From: a bacterium
GTDB lineage: Bacteria > Zhuqueibacterota > Zhuqueibacteria > Oleimicrobiales > Geothermoviventaceae
Direction: 5' to 3'
Length of the DNA: 64,000 nucleotides
Assembly (NCBI GenBank): GCA_028275345.1
Contig: JAPWUV010000009.1
Coordinates: forward strand, 109,109-173,108
Below the pieces are notes generated by a model. That model was not told where the DNA came from. It did no database searches and worked only from the letters and a program-made list of their open reading frames with translations. Position 1 is the first letter of the stretch. Every line of letters begins with the position of its first letter. The position numbers and the translations under genes are program-made. Positions 1 through 11,150 of this stretch are shown here, one piece after another.

Positions 1-1478
1 TTCCCCTCGCACACCGTAGGTCCCACCCATGCCATGCACACCGGCGTCATTCTCGGCAAAAATACCCACGGTACCATTGCTATTGAAACCGAAAACCCCG
101 CGCGCGCTGCTACCAAGCTCTCCATAGTTCCCGGTACCATTGTGCTTGCCGTGAACAGCCGTGCCAGTCGTGGCCTCGCCGTACACGCCGTACTGAGCGC
201 CGCCCATTGCACGGAGGTTTCCGGTGGGCTGGCGGCCATACACGCCATAATCCGCGGTGCCCAAGTGGCCGAGATTCCCGTTGTAATGACTACCCCCCAC
301 TCCGTAGCCGCTCCTGCTGAACCCATACACACCGAAAGCGTTGGTTCCGTTGTTCGCCACACCGTGCACCCCAATGCCGTTGGAAGATGCCGCCTCTTCC
401 GTATACGCCCTCTGTGGAGCTTGCAAGGTAGCCGTAGTTGGCATCGCCGAGGTAGCCGAAGTTCCCGCTTGTCGCGTGCTGACCGCGCACGCCCGCACCA
501 TAGGCCTGGCCCAACACACCGTACTGCGCAGTACCGAGGCGGCCGAAGTTGCCGCTGGTCTGGTGGTAGCCATTTACAGCGATGCCGAGCGTGCCGGTGC
601 CCACGGCATTGACGGCCACTCCCTGACCGTTATCGGTGATCACGAAGGCAGGCCAGTCTGAGTTGATTGAGCCTTGGTACGGCAGCTCGAAGCCGCCGGT
701 CTCGTCCGTACCCCAGGCAAGATTGCCGCCGGAGAGCTTGAACACCTGCCCGTCGCTGCCGCCGGTAGCCGAAAGCTTCGCGGCCATCACCGCGCCGTCG
801 GCAATATCGGCGGTGCCAATCGTCCCATCCGCAAACTTCGCCGAAGTCACCGCATTGTCGGCAAGTTTTGCGGTGCCGACAGCACCCGGCGCGATCGTGG
901 GATTCGGGTACATCCCTGCGAGATCGCCACCGGCGGCACCCCCCCGGAGGGAGACTCACACCGGGAGCGAGCTTCGCTTGCGTCACGGCCCCATCCGCAA
1001 TCTTGGCCGTCGTCACCGCATTGGCCGCGAGAGTCGGATTAGGATAGGTGCCGGTCAAATCCCCGCCCGCCGTGATGCCACCAATACTCTCGGTGCTGGC
1101 AGCGCGGAAGCTGTAGCCAGAGCTCGTCAGAGGGATCCGCGGACTAAGCTCCACGCCTCCTCCAACCGTGACCCCAAGCCAGTACGGCCTGTCAAACGGC
1201 AAAGCCAATGGAACCACGCTTCCCAGCATCACATTGAAGACGCCCTTGGCAACCGCGACCACTTGGCCTTCCTCCCAAAGGGGACTGCCGCCCGTTCTCA
1301 CGTCATAGAGCCGGAAGGTGAGACTGTAGTCTCCGTCCGGTACCGCTGAGCCACTGGCGTCCGTCAACACGCCCTGGTAGCCGATGGTCCGTGGGATCTG
1401 TGCCAGGCCCGGTTTCGCTTCAAGAGGCAGCATCAGTCCCGCGGATAACCACGCCCGCGAGAAACTCGCCCCGCGCAT
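1..1478 (-). CDS. Secreted repeat surface protein (tail-fibre/collagen-like repeats); 5' part of gene, 3' end lies beyond window start; reading frame interrupted at least twice
   Basis: ATG at 1478..1476 preceded by GGAGG; signal-peptide-like N-terminus (MRGASFSRAWLSAGLMLPLEA); tandem repeats (GTYPNPTLAANAVTTAKIADGAVTQAKLA; MYPNPTIAPGAVGTAKLADNAVTSAKFADG) continue across frame changes at about 939-945 and 383-395. Confidence 0.55.
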
Positions 1479-2098
1479 GATCCTACCTCCTCTCCCGTCC
1501 TCACGGGAGGAATCCATGAAAACCACCCGCCTCCCTTCCCCATTACCCTCCCACATCGATTGCTCCAATACGGCTTGCCTCCTTCCCCCTCCCTTCGTTG
1601 ACCTGCACGTTTCACTCCCCCAAGGCCGATCCCACCGTCCACGGGGCCCACGCGCATGCGGTTCAGCTTGTGCCAACCAAGGCCCCCGCCGTCCCCGCAA
1701 CATGGCCTGCCTCGTCCGGCGTACGGGGCAGGAATTGTCCCGCCTCATGCGAAGGAGGTTACGTAATGTTCAGCCGGCATCCCTCCTCCCCCCTGTCTCT
1801 CCAACGCAAGGTCTGCCGTCCGTCCGTAGACCCTCCCGACTCCCGAAAACAGCCTTGCACACCCTTCTCCCCGGCTTCTCCTGCAAACGCCACCCGCTGC
1901 TCTCCGCGAACCAAAGCCCGCTCCCGCAGCAGCCTCTTCTTGCTATCCCGCAGGGCCAATCCGCAGCCACGCCGCGCCTCCGTCTCCTCCTCCGTCCGGC
2001 CCGAGCTCATCCCCCGGCGTCTACCCCAACTAAACCGGCGAGCACGCACGAGAAAACCCGCTCCCGCAGTAGAGCCAAGGATAAGCACGATCAACCCG

Positions 2099-2437
2099 CT
2101 ATCGCACGTACGTCAGCTTCCGCATCCGGACGAACACCCGCCCGCTCTTCTCCGACTTCGCCTCCAGCCGGTAGAGATAGACTCCACTGGCTAGACCCTC
2201 TCCCCGCACCTGCACCTTGTGATACCCCGCAGGGAAAGTCCCCTTCACCAGCGTCGCCACCTCCTCCCCAAGAGCATTGTAGAGCTTGGGGCTCACCTCA
2301 GCCCCCTCCGGAAGCGCAAACTCGATGGTCGTGCTCGGGTTGAACGGGTTGGGATAATTCTGTTCCAGCCGATACCCCCAGACGCCGCTCACCGGCCGTC
2401 GTCGATGCCAGCAACGGTTCTTCCGTGCACGGACCAA
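2099..2437 (-). pseudogene. Orphan T9SS C-terminal sorting domain (CTD) with no cargo domain upstream; likely gene remnant
   Basis: LEQNYPNPFNPSTTIEFALPEG...SGVYLYRLEA motif typical of T9SS CTDs; sequence immediately upstream on the same strand has stops in all frames (e.g. TAATTAG). Confidence 0.45.
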
Positions 2438-4540
2438 AAGTTCACGTCCCGCCTGTTCGCGCCTGTGGCACCTTCACTGGAAAGGCTGCGCTTGCAGGGT
2501 AGATGCCCCGTCGGCCTGAAATCTCCGCGCAGTTCGCGTTCTCGCGCGTACGATTGTGCGGGAAAGCTAATTACTGGACACTATCGTAGCCGTGGTGCTG
2601 GATGCGGGGACCTCTGTGGGTACAATGGCGGGCTTGGGCGAAGAACTGGAGCTGAAGAGGATGTGGGCAGAACCGACACGCACACCCGCATGGCGAGCAG
2701 GAACTCTCGGCTCTCCTTGGAGCCTGTGCACGCTCCGTTTCATCCTTCGACCTCTCGTTTGGACACTCGAAACTCCATCGTATCGGCTCCATTGAAACTG
2801 ACCCGAGCGAGGGACATCCCCGACGCTAGCGTCAGAAGAACCCCTCCCTCATGTATCCGGGGGTCCAAACCGCTTACCGCGAGGCGATTACCTCCTCCCC
2901 CGCGCCATAGGAGCCGCCGTTTCCCCCACCGAATTTCCACAACCCCCGCCAACGACCGATTCGTGGGAACAGGGCGCGCCAGAATCTCGAACCCCGGGTC
3001 CTTTCGCTCCGGTCAAGGGTCGCCAACTCTAGCAAGAATGTCAAGAAGAGTTTTCAGAACCGTCGCCCTCGTCGTCTCTTTCTTCTTGCAGCCGGGAGGA
3101 CAAGGTTCGATGCGAGAAGCGTCGCCCGCGGCGCTTCCGGGGACTTGCCCTATTAGCCAGGAGCTTCGTTGCGACGAGCGGCGTGGCATCCTCGGCTTTG
3201 CTTCTTTGGAGGAGCGGGGGCGTGGGAGCCTCACCGCAAATGCAGCAAGCCACGCGTGTCCGCTTTGGTGTCCGAAGCCCTCTCTCGGAGCGTACCTAGT
3301 CCTGCCCGCCGCCGAACCGCAGCGTCGACCCCGCCGGCGAAAGTCTCGCTCGCTGCTTGCCAGACCATCCGCCGTACCTCAGCTCGCTTTGGGACCAATG
3401 GTCAGCGAAGCGTTCAAGACGGCGCATTGGGCAGGGGGGTCGACCTAATCCCACATCCCCCGACGTCGAGCCAGAGGGGGCTCACCTCGGGCACCGCTGC
3501 TTCCCTCGGGGACAGCATCCACCGCTCGGTCCGAAGGCAGCCCCAATGCGTCCGGGCGTGCCACCGGTACAGCCCGCGGGGAGAACCGTTACGAACTGCG
3601 GCCTTCCGCCGCCCCGATCCGACCCAACGGCCAGGAGCAGTGGCGAATCGAGCGTGGAAAAAGGCCCGGCGCGCCTACCGCCCCTCGGCTGTCCGGAAGG
3701 ACGGTGCCGTTTTCTACCCTATGTCAAGCAGAACAGCCTCTTGAAGCCCGAGACGCTGGCCGTCGCCAGGGCCATTTATCCTCAGCAGGGTCTGCCTCTC
3801 GCAAGTGGGGAGACCAACGAAATGCCGATCCCTCGTGCGCAATGCCCATCCAATCCCGCGAATTCCCGACCCGTGGAGGCCGGCTCTTCAGCGCGCGGAA
3901 ACGCGCCTCGCGCTTTCTTGCTGGGGAAGTCGACCCCGCCAGTGGCCGTCACAGAGAGGACCTTATCGGGGGTCCCCACGCGGCCAAGACCCTCGCGGTT
4001 CTCGCAATTATGCCCTTAGTATTCGAGTACAAGAGCAGTCTAACCAGTGACTGAGTATCGTACGGGTCCGCACCAATATCGGTGAGTATTATCGCCCGGC
4101 GCTTTTGACTTACCTGCCCATGAGCGGCTTGGGACAGGAGCTCATAGAGAAAAGTACCGTACCGATTACCAGCCGGCTATGCATCGCAGCCTCCGTCCAT
4201 CTTTTGCGCCACGGCTCACCCAGATTACCCATCTACTTCTCTTTCGCAAATATTAACCACATCGGGAACACAACATAGGTCAAGTGACTGATTTCCCCCA
4301 ATAGGACAATCGCACTTCCGACTTAATCGCTAAATCGCACTTTCTTGTGATTCCGACCATGACCCCGCCTATCCGTCCACTTAGGAACAGCTCTCACCGT
4401 GCCCGGTACGCAGATCACCCACCGTCCCCGAGAGTTTCGGCTCAGCCAAGACTCCCCATTGCCTTGAAGCGCAACACTCCCCCGCGGGATCACAACCCTA
4501 CTGAGGGGGATACTTACCCTCTTCCCGTCTTTCGGGCTCC

Positions 4541-6960
4541 TCACCGCAATAGCAGCAGCTTCAGGCTCTCCGCTCCCGAGATACTCACGAACCGGCACAG
4601 GTAGACCCCCGAGGGCAAGATTCGTCCGCTCCGGTCTCTACCATCCCACCGCAGGAAATATTCTCCTGCCTCGTACACTCCGTCAACGAGAGTCACGACC
4701 TCGGCCCCCGTAATCGCGAAGACTCTCGCCACCACCCGGCCCCGGCGCGAAAGGGAGAAGTGGATGGTCGTGACGGAATTGAAGGGATTGGGACTGCTCC
4801 GGAGAGCAAACCCGCGGACAGGAGCCGCAGGACCGGCGGGGAAGCTTGGTTCGTAGGACACACCGGTGATGACAGCCTTTGCAACCCAGTCCAGTCGCCC
4901 GTATCCGTTGTTGGAGTAGTCGACGGACCAGTTGCCTTGCTCGTCCATCGTGCTCAGATCGACCATGCCGTCGCCGTCGTAGTCCGCGGGAATGGGCACG
5001 CAATCCTTGCCCCCGTAGATGGGCTCGGAGACCCAGTCGATGCCGACCAATCCCCAGCCCATGACGGCGTCCGTCATCCAGCGGCCCTCCTCCGTCTTCA
5101 CGCCGATCGCTGCCGCTCGGTCTGACCCGTACCGCCCTGGGGCCGGAATAGCCCCCATTCCCCCGTAATTGAGATTCGAAGGAGAAACCCAGTCCCACTG
5201 ATCCGCCGCTTGGAAGCCGTCGCGCGCCCAATCGATGAGCCAGCGCCCGTCATCAACTTTGATGGCCACATCCGCCTTCCCGTCGCCGTCGTAGTCGGCC
5301 GGGGCGGGATAGATGTTCCCCTCCGGGTAGTAGGCCTGAAGCCCGTGGGCGTGGAGATTCCACCCCGAAAAAGCGTCAGCGGAAAAGTCGAAGGACCAGC
5401 CGCCGTAGTACCCGAAAATGGCCACATCCGCCTTCCCATCGCCATCGTAGTCAGCGGGGACGGCCTGGACTTGGTAGAACCAGGCGCTGCCCCCGTACGG
5501 GAGTTTGAGGTCCCAGCTGCCGAAGCCGTTGTGCGCGTAATCGATGCACCATTCCCCCGTGAGATCGTCTTTGATGGCGATGTCCGCCTTCCCGTCCCCG
5601 TCGTAGTCGGCGGGAGCGGGCTGCGAGGATTTGTCCACGGCCGGCAAGCTGTGGCTACTCACCTGGAGATCCCAGCTCCCGAAGCCGTTCCTTGCGAAGT
5701 CGAGGAGCCAGCGCCCGTCGTTGACCTTCATCGCCAGATCGGCTTTGCCATCGCCATCGTAGTCCGCGGGACAGGGAAGGCGAAACTCCCCACAGGCGGA
5801 GCACCCGCGAGGGCGTGATGCATGATCCACGACTGGTAGCCCAGCACCGATGGCCCGGAGGAGGTCGGGGAAGCGCGCACGCTATCGCCATCGGCGGTGA
5901 GCCAGTAGCCGTCGCCGACCGCGGCAGTGATCGTCACGCGGTCCCGATTGGAGAAGTAATAGGGATTGAAATCCCAATACTCGTTCTGCCACTCGGGCCG
6001 GGGTGTGAGGACGACGCGCCGCTTGTCGTCCTTCAGCGCCAGGTACTTGCCGGACCAGTGCACAATCTTCGCCATCGACGGAGTCACGAATTCCAATCGC
6101 CACAGGAAGTCCGTGTTCCCGGGCTGGAGGGGCAGGAGCACGACCTTCGCCTCGCAGCGACGAGGGTAGGAATGGGCACAGAGGTACAGGTTATTGCCCG
6201 GGCTCAGCGAGAAATCCCTTTCGTTGCTGATGTAGAACCACGCCTGATCGTAGCCCTCGATGGTCTGCTTGCGCATCTCTTCGTTGGCCGTCCAGACCAG
6301 GAGGTAGATCCTTTCGTACTCGGTCTGGTCGATCAAACCCTCGTGGTAGCACTTGAGGAATTTGCCCACGTAGCTTCCATCCCCATAGACCGAGTTCCAG
6401 TAGATGGGCACGTTCGGAAGCTCAGCCCAGACGAAACGGCCCAGGAGGATGGTGTTCGTGGCGATGGCATCTCGCAGTTGCGGCAGGATATCCTGCGGCC
6501 GGATGCCGTGGCGCTGCATCATCGTGGCCAGCAAGGGGATGAGCGTGTTGTAGGATTGGGCGCAGTAATACGCGATGCGCGGGCTCTTGTTTTCGATGAG
6601 GATCTCGAACTGGTTGGCGGCATTGATGGCGTCGCGGATCCAGGCTTCGGTCGTCTGCTGCGAGGGCGGGTTGTTGAGATAGATTCGGTACTGCTCAATG
6701 AGCGCCTCCACGTCGGCTATTTGCTCTTCGGCGCGAACGATGTTGATCTCATCGAGGATCTCCTGTTTTGCCTGCTCAATGAGGTCGGCCAGATTGGGAT
6801 CCGGCTCCAGGAAGTTCTTGATGCGGTTGTAGGTATCCCACGCGGTCTTGATGAAGCTCAGGAAGTCGAACTCGCGGGACGGACTGGCATAGGAGACGGT
6901 TCCGAGGCCGGCAAGCCCCCAGAAGAGGACCCCAAGAAGGATGACTCGCTGCGATCTCAT
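4541..6960 (-). CDS. T9SS-sorted FG-GAP/VCBS-repeat protein with signal peptide and uncharacterised N-terminal domain; one apparent 1-bp frameshift near 5764-5770 joins ORFs 5728..6960 and 4541..5830
   Basis: ATG 6960 with GAGGAGG RBS; signal peptide MRSQRVILLGVLFWGLAGLGTVSYA; five PADYDGDGKAD repeats; C-terminal CTD (SPNPFNSVTTIHFSL...SGVYLCRF); the C-terminal ORF has no signal peptide of its own. Confidence 0.6.
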
Positions 6961-7091
6961 TGCTTCCTCCTCAGTTTGGCTGACGCACAGCCGGACAGGT
7001 TCGGGATGAAGCCCGCCGAGGGCGCGACGCCGGCCGATTCGGACCGCAGCGAGGACAGTGGCGCACAGAGGAAAGGCTCATTCCGTGGGGA

Positions 7092-8351
7092 TCAGCCGTA
7101 GCGGAGCCAGCGCAACACCTCCGGAAGTGTGGGCCGTTTCCCGAACATCAGGATCCCCACTCGGAAGATCCGTCCGACGGCCCAGATGCAGACCCACAGC
7201 GTCCCAAGAAGCAGAATCACCGATGCCGCAATCTGCACGAACGGGGGCGGATCCACCGCCACCCGGACAAACATCAGGATTGGAGCGAAGAACGGGATGA
7301 GGGACAGGATGACGCTCAAGCTGGAGTGCGGCGAGTTGAGGACGTAGAACATGGCCATAAACGGCACTACCAAGAGCATGATCACGGGGTACTGAAGCTG
7401 TTGAGCCTCGGTCTCGTTGTTCACCATCGCGCCGAGGGCTGCCCACATCGTCGAGTACAGGAGGTATCCGAGCACGAAAAAGACCACAAACGCCACAATG
7501 GTGCCAACGGGGATGGTGTTCCAGGCGAAATCCGGGCCCAGTTTCGCCTGCAACCAGTTCCCGCCGAACACGAAAAACCCCACCAAGATCACAGCCCAGA
7601 TCAGGTACTGCAAAAGCCCAACGGAACCGACGCCGAGGATCTTCGAGGCCATCAGCTGACCGGGACGCACAAGCGACAAAACGATCTCCACGGCGCGGGA
7701 GCTCTTCTCTTCGATCACAGCGCGGAGGACGAAAGTCCCATAGAAAACGAGGGTCATGTAGAGCGAAAGGACCAGGAGATAGATCACGAGGAATTCCGAG
7801 CCGCTGCTTCGCTCTTCCGCACCCTCCTTCTGCACCTTGAAGGTGCGCATGGGCAGCGTTCGGGTCAAGGCGAGAACGGTCCGCGGGTCGAAGCCTTGAT
7901 CCAGAAGACGCAATTCCGTCACGGCCGCTGACACCCGAGCTCTCACCCTTTCGTTGCGTTCGAAGCTCGACACATTCCTCGCGTAGAGCTCGATGGGCAC
8001 GGGGTCGGCAATGGCCCGGGCCGGCACCACCACAACCGCTTCCAGCTCGTTTTCGAGCACCTTTTGCAAAAGCGCTTTCTTGAGATCGGGCAGTCCGGCC
8101 GAATCGCAAGGGAAGAGACGAAACCGATCTTGCCTTTCGGATGCCCCCAGCCCACTCGCTTGCGAAAGCCTCCCTGTGAGATCGATCACGGCGATGCGGC
8201 TTTCCTTCTGGGCGCCGAGATGCATGAAGAGCGCCGGAAGCAGGCTCAAGCCCACGACCAATACCGGGAAGGCCAGCGTACCGATCCAGAATCCCTTCCC
8301 CCGCGTCCGCTGGAGGAATTCCTTGCGCATCAGGATCAGCACATTCTTCAC
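7092..8351 (-). CDS. ABC-2 family transporter permease
   Basis: Polytopic hydrophobic protein; 4-nt overlap with upstream ABC ATPase gene. Confidence 0.75.
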   Translation of the reverse strand: MKNVLILMRKEFLQRTRGKGFWIGTLAFPVLVVGLSLLPALFMHLGAQKESRIAVIDLTGRLSQASGLGASERQDRFRLFPCDSAGLPDLKKALLQKVLENELEAVVVVPARAIADPVPIELYARNVSSFERNERVRARVSAAVTELRLLDQGFDPRTVLALTRTLPMRTFKVQKEGAEERSSGSEFLVIYLLVLSLYMTLVFYGTFVLRAVIEEKSSRAVEIVLSLVRPGQLMASKILGVGSVGLLQYLIWAVILVGFFVFGGNWLQAKLGPDFAWNTIPVGTIVAFVVFFVLGYLLYSTMWAALGAMVNNETEAQQLQYPVIMLLVVPFMAMFYVLNSPHSSLSVILSLIPFFAPILMFVRVAVDPPPFVQIAASVILLLGTLWVCIWAVGRIFRVGILMFGKRPTLPEVLRWLRYG

Positions 8352-9262
8352 GGCGCCACCTCCGGACTGGCACCCTTCACGACGGCGATGAAAATCTCAT
8401 TCAGGCTGGGCTGGCGGATCTCAAACCGCCGGACCTCCACCTCCCGCACGGCGCGCTCAAGGATGGCCTGGGGAGTTACCCCCTTGCGCGGGCGGATTTC
8501 CACGTAATGCCCATAGTCGTCGTATCCCGCAACCAAGGACGGATCCTGCAGGAAGTGGGGCTCACCGCGGTAGGCCAGTACAACTCTCTCCTCGCCAAAT
8601 CGACGTTTCACCTCCGTTAGTTCCCCCACGAGTACGGCTCGACCCTGGTTGATCAGGCAGATCTCGTCGCACAGCTTTTCCACCTGTTCCATCAGGTGAG
8701 TGGAGAGGATGACCGTCGAGCCCTTCTTCACCAGCTCCAGGATCGCATCCTTCACCTCCCCGGCGCTGATGGGATCCAATCCCGTGAAGGGCTCGTCCAG
8801 GATCGCGATCTCCGGTTCGTGGAGAACTGCCCCGATGATCATCACCTTCTGCTGCATGCCCTTGGAGAGCTGCTCCACAGGCTTCTTCTCCCACTCCGCA
8901 AGCTCGAACCGCTCCAGCCAAAGGCGGATCTTCCGCCGCGCATCCCGCCGCTCCATCCCCCGAAGCACGGCCAGCAGCTCCAGGACCTCCCCTACCGGGA
9001 GCTTCGGGTACAAGCCTCTTTCTTCGGGTAGGTAGCCCACACGCTGGAGCACCCCGTCTCGGTTCGGCTTCCCCAGCACCAGGATCTCGCCCGTGTCCGG
9101 CCCGATGATGTTCATCACCATGCGGATGGTCGTGGTCTTGCCAGCGCCGTTCGGGCCGAGCAGCCCGAACACCCGCCCTCTTTCCACGGTGAGGGTCAGG
9201 TCGGACACTGCGCAAACCTCACCAAAGGACTTGCTCACGTGCCGCAATGAGAGAACTTCCAC
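8348..9262 (-). CDS. ABC transporter ATP-binding protein
   Basis: Walker A GPNGAGKTT, ABC signature LSKGMQQK, Walker B ILDEP; GTG start with GGAGG RBS. Confidence 0.85.
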   Translation of the reverse strand: MEVLSLRHVSKSFGEVCAVSDLTLTVERGRVFGLLGPNGAGKTTTIRMVMNIIGPDTGEILVLGKPNRDGVLQRVGYLPEERGLYPKLPVGEVLELLAVLRGMERRDARRKIRLWLERFELAEWEKKPVEQLSKGMQQKVMIIGAVLHEPEIAILDEPFTGLDPISAGEVKDAILELVKKGSTVILSTHLMEQVEKLCDEICLINQGRAVLVGELTEVKRRFGEERVVLAYRGEPHFLQDPSLVAGYDDYGHYVEIRPRKGVTPQAILERAVREVEVRRFEIRQPSLNEIFIAVVKGASPEVAP

Positions 9263-9552
9263 CCGTCGCCTCCTTCCTTACTCGAAAGCGAAACCCACCG
9301 CCCTGACGAACAGCAAGGCAAGTTAGTCAATCCACCGAGGGAAATCAAGCTTGCCCGACCGCGCAAACGGGCCCACCCCATCACGTAACCCCGGGCTCCA
9401 GCTCCCACGGAGTTCACAGCGCTACGCAATTGCCGGCATTGCGGGAAGTGTTGCAATGAATCAATCAGCGGGCTAAATTTCAACGGAACCCTACCCGCAG
9501 GAAATGCGGGAAGAGCCACAGTCCCGTTCCCTGATACGGGAGGGGCGCGGTC

Positions 9553-10749
9553 GTGTTTCCAGCTGAGGGAGGCGATTTGAGAAGAACAGGCTCGTCCTTC
9601 CGCAAAGTCCACGCGAGCGTCAGGTTCGGCAGCTTGCCTGGAAAGCCGCGATGGGGCAGACCGTCGGTGCTTCGCCGGCTGTCTTGGATGGTCGTGCTCG
9701 TGACGGGCCTCGGAGGCCTGGCACCTTGGGCCGCCGAGAGGCCACTCCAATCGATCCGGTTCGTCCAGTTGGGAGACGGGGCGATCGAGATCCGCGTCGA
9801 GAAGGCGCTTTTCACTGTGTGGCGTCCCGGAGGAATCGTGAATCAGGTACGCCTCACTCGGCCGATCCTCTGGCCCGTGATCTCATCCGGCGGCTCGCCT
9901 GTCACTCGGTGTTGGCCTCTGGGGACCTGCGGCCGGGATGAACCCAAAGATCACGCACACCACCAGGGCATCTGGCTCGCCTACGGACGGCTCGTCCTCG
10001 GGGAAAGGGATACCCTCGACACCTGGGCCGTGTATCGGCCGCTGCCAGGAGGGCCCGAAAGTCCCACCCGGTATCGCCCGGGCGAACGCGGGATTGTGAC
10101 CTGCGAGCAAACGACGGCCGACGAGAAACGCGCCGAGATCCGCGCTCGCTGCCGTTGGCAGACCGAAAGGGACGGGCGCCAGTTCCTGATCGAAGAGCGG
10201 CGCATGCGTTTCGCCGCCGGCAAGGACTGGCGCGGGATCGACTTCGTGATCCGTCTCCGGGCCCTTGATCTTCCCGTCGAATTCCTCGACTCCAAGGAGG
10301 GATTCTTCGGGCTGCGGGTGGGTCCCGACCTGGCGGAGGCCTCCGCAGATTCCCCGTCGGCGCAAAAACCAGCCGGCTATTTCGGCCCGGGGGGAGCTTC
10401 TGGCGAGGCACAGATCTGGGGCAGACGATTTCCTTGGGTGGCCCTTCGCGGAACCTTGGCTAGCGGCGAGCCGATGACGATCATCTTCATGGACCATCCG
10501 GACAACGTGAACCACCCATCCCCGTGGATGACCCGCGCCTACGGACTATTCGCGGTGAATCCCTTCGGGACCGGCGAATTCGCCGAGGGGAAGGACCGTT
10601 TCCACTTTCGACTTCCGGCGGGAGGGACAGTCACGTTGAAATACCGCATCCTCCTGTGCTCCCGTCACCTGGCGGCGGAGGAGGTGGAAAGCCTCTACCA
10701 ACGGTACTGTGAGGGTACATCCGGCCACGCCGAGATCGGATCCTGGTGA
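9553..10749 (+). CDS. Secreted hypothetical protein (possibly DUF6807/PmoA-like family)
   Basis: Long ORF with hydrophobic signal-like segment MVVLVTGLGGLAPWAA and HHQGIW motif; start uncertain (GTG 9553, TTG 9577 or ATG 9688). Confidence 0.5.
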   Translation: MFPAEGGDLRRTGSSFRKVHASVRFGSLPGKPRWGRPSVLRRLSWMVVLVTGLGGLAPWAAERPLQSIRFVQLGDGAIEIRVEKALFTVWRPGGIVNQVRLTRPILWPVISSGGSPVTRCWPLGTCGRDEPKDHAHHQGIWLAYGRLVLGERDTLDTWAVYRPLPGGPESPTRYRPGERGIVTCEQTTADEKRAEIRARCRWQTERDGRQFLIEERRMRFAAGKDWRGIDFVIRLRALDLPVEFLDSKEGFFGLRVGPDLAEASADSPSAQKPAGYFGPGGASGEAQIWGRRFPWVALRGTLASGEPMTIIFMDHPDNVNHPSPWMTRAYGLFAVNPFGTGEFAEGKDRFHFRLPAGGTVTLKYRILLCSRHLAAEEVESLYQRYCEGTSGHAEIGSW

Positions 10750-10827
10750 GGATCGGGCTCCCAGCCTCGAACCGGGAGACCCGGCGCAGGAGATCAAGCC
10801 AAACCATCACCCTCAGAAGAGGACACC

Positions 10828-11142
10828 ATGGCCTTTACGGGCAAAGAGGAACACTCCATCACCCTCGGGGAGGCGAGCAAACTCACCGCTAACTATCGGC
10901 GCCGAGCGGGCAAAGGGGCGGTGACCGGAGGCTACTTCAGCCGGGAGGCGATCGAACGAATCTTGAAGCAGGAGGGATGCGTCGGCCTCCGTTACTATTT
11001 CGCCGAGACCGACGATGGCCGTCCCACGCTGATCCTGGTGGGGGTTGACGCCCAAGGGGAGGATCTGATCGGCGGGTTTCTGGTGGATCTCGCTTTGCCC
11101 TGCCCACCCCACTGCAGCAGCAGAAACCCGCTGAACTCGTAG
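10828..11142 (+). CDS. Hypothetical small protein
   Basis: ATG with AGAAGAGGA RBS-like sequence; balanced amino-acid composition unlike the Arg/Pro-rich wrong-frame ORFs. Confidence 0.45.
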   Translation: MAFTGKEEHSITLGEASKLTANYRRRAGKGAVTGGYFSREAIERILKQEGCVGLRYYFAETDDGRPTLILVGVDAQGEDLIGGFLVDLALPCPPHCSSRNPLNS

Positions 11143-11150
11143 GCTGTGCC

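Noticed and set aside
2960-3010. tRNA or tmRNA-like GGTTCGAG T-loop on the minus strand
   Set aside because: Flanking bases do not form a T-stem, acceptor stem or CCA end.
2219-3448. 409-aa ORF in the ORF-free stretch
   Set aside because: Extreme Arg/Ser/Pro composition and no motifs; taken as a chance open frame.
2440-4540. Possible rRNA, RNase P RNA or tmRNA gene
   Set aside because: None of the universally conserved motifs of these RNAs are present on either strand; left as unexplained rather than called.
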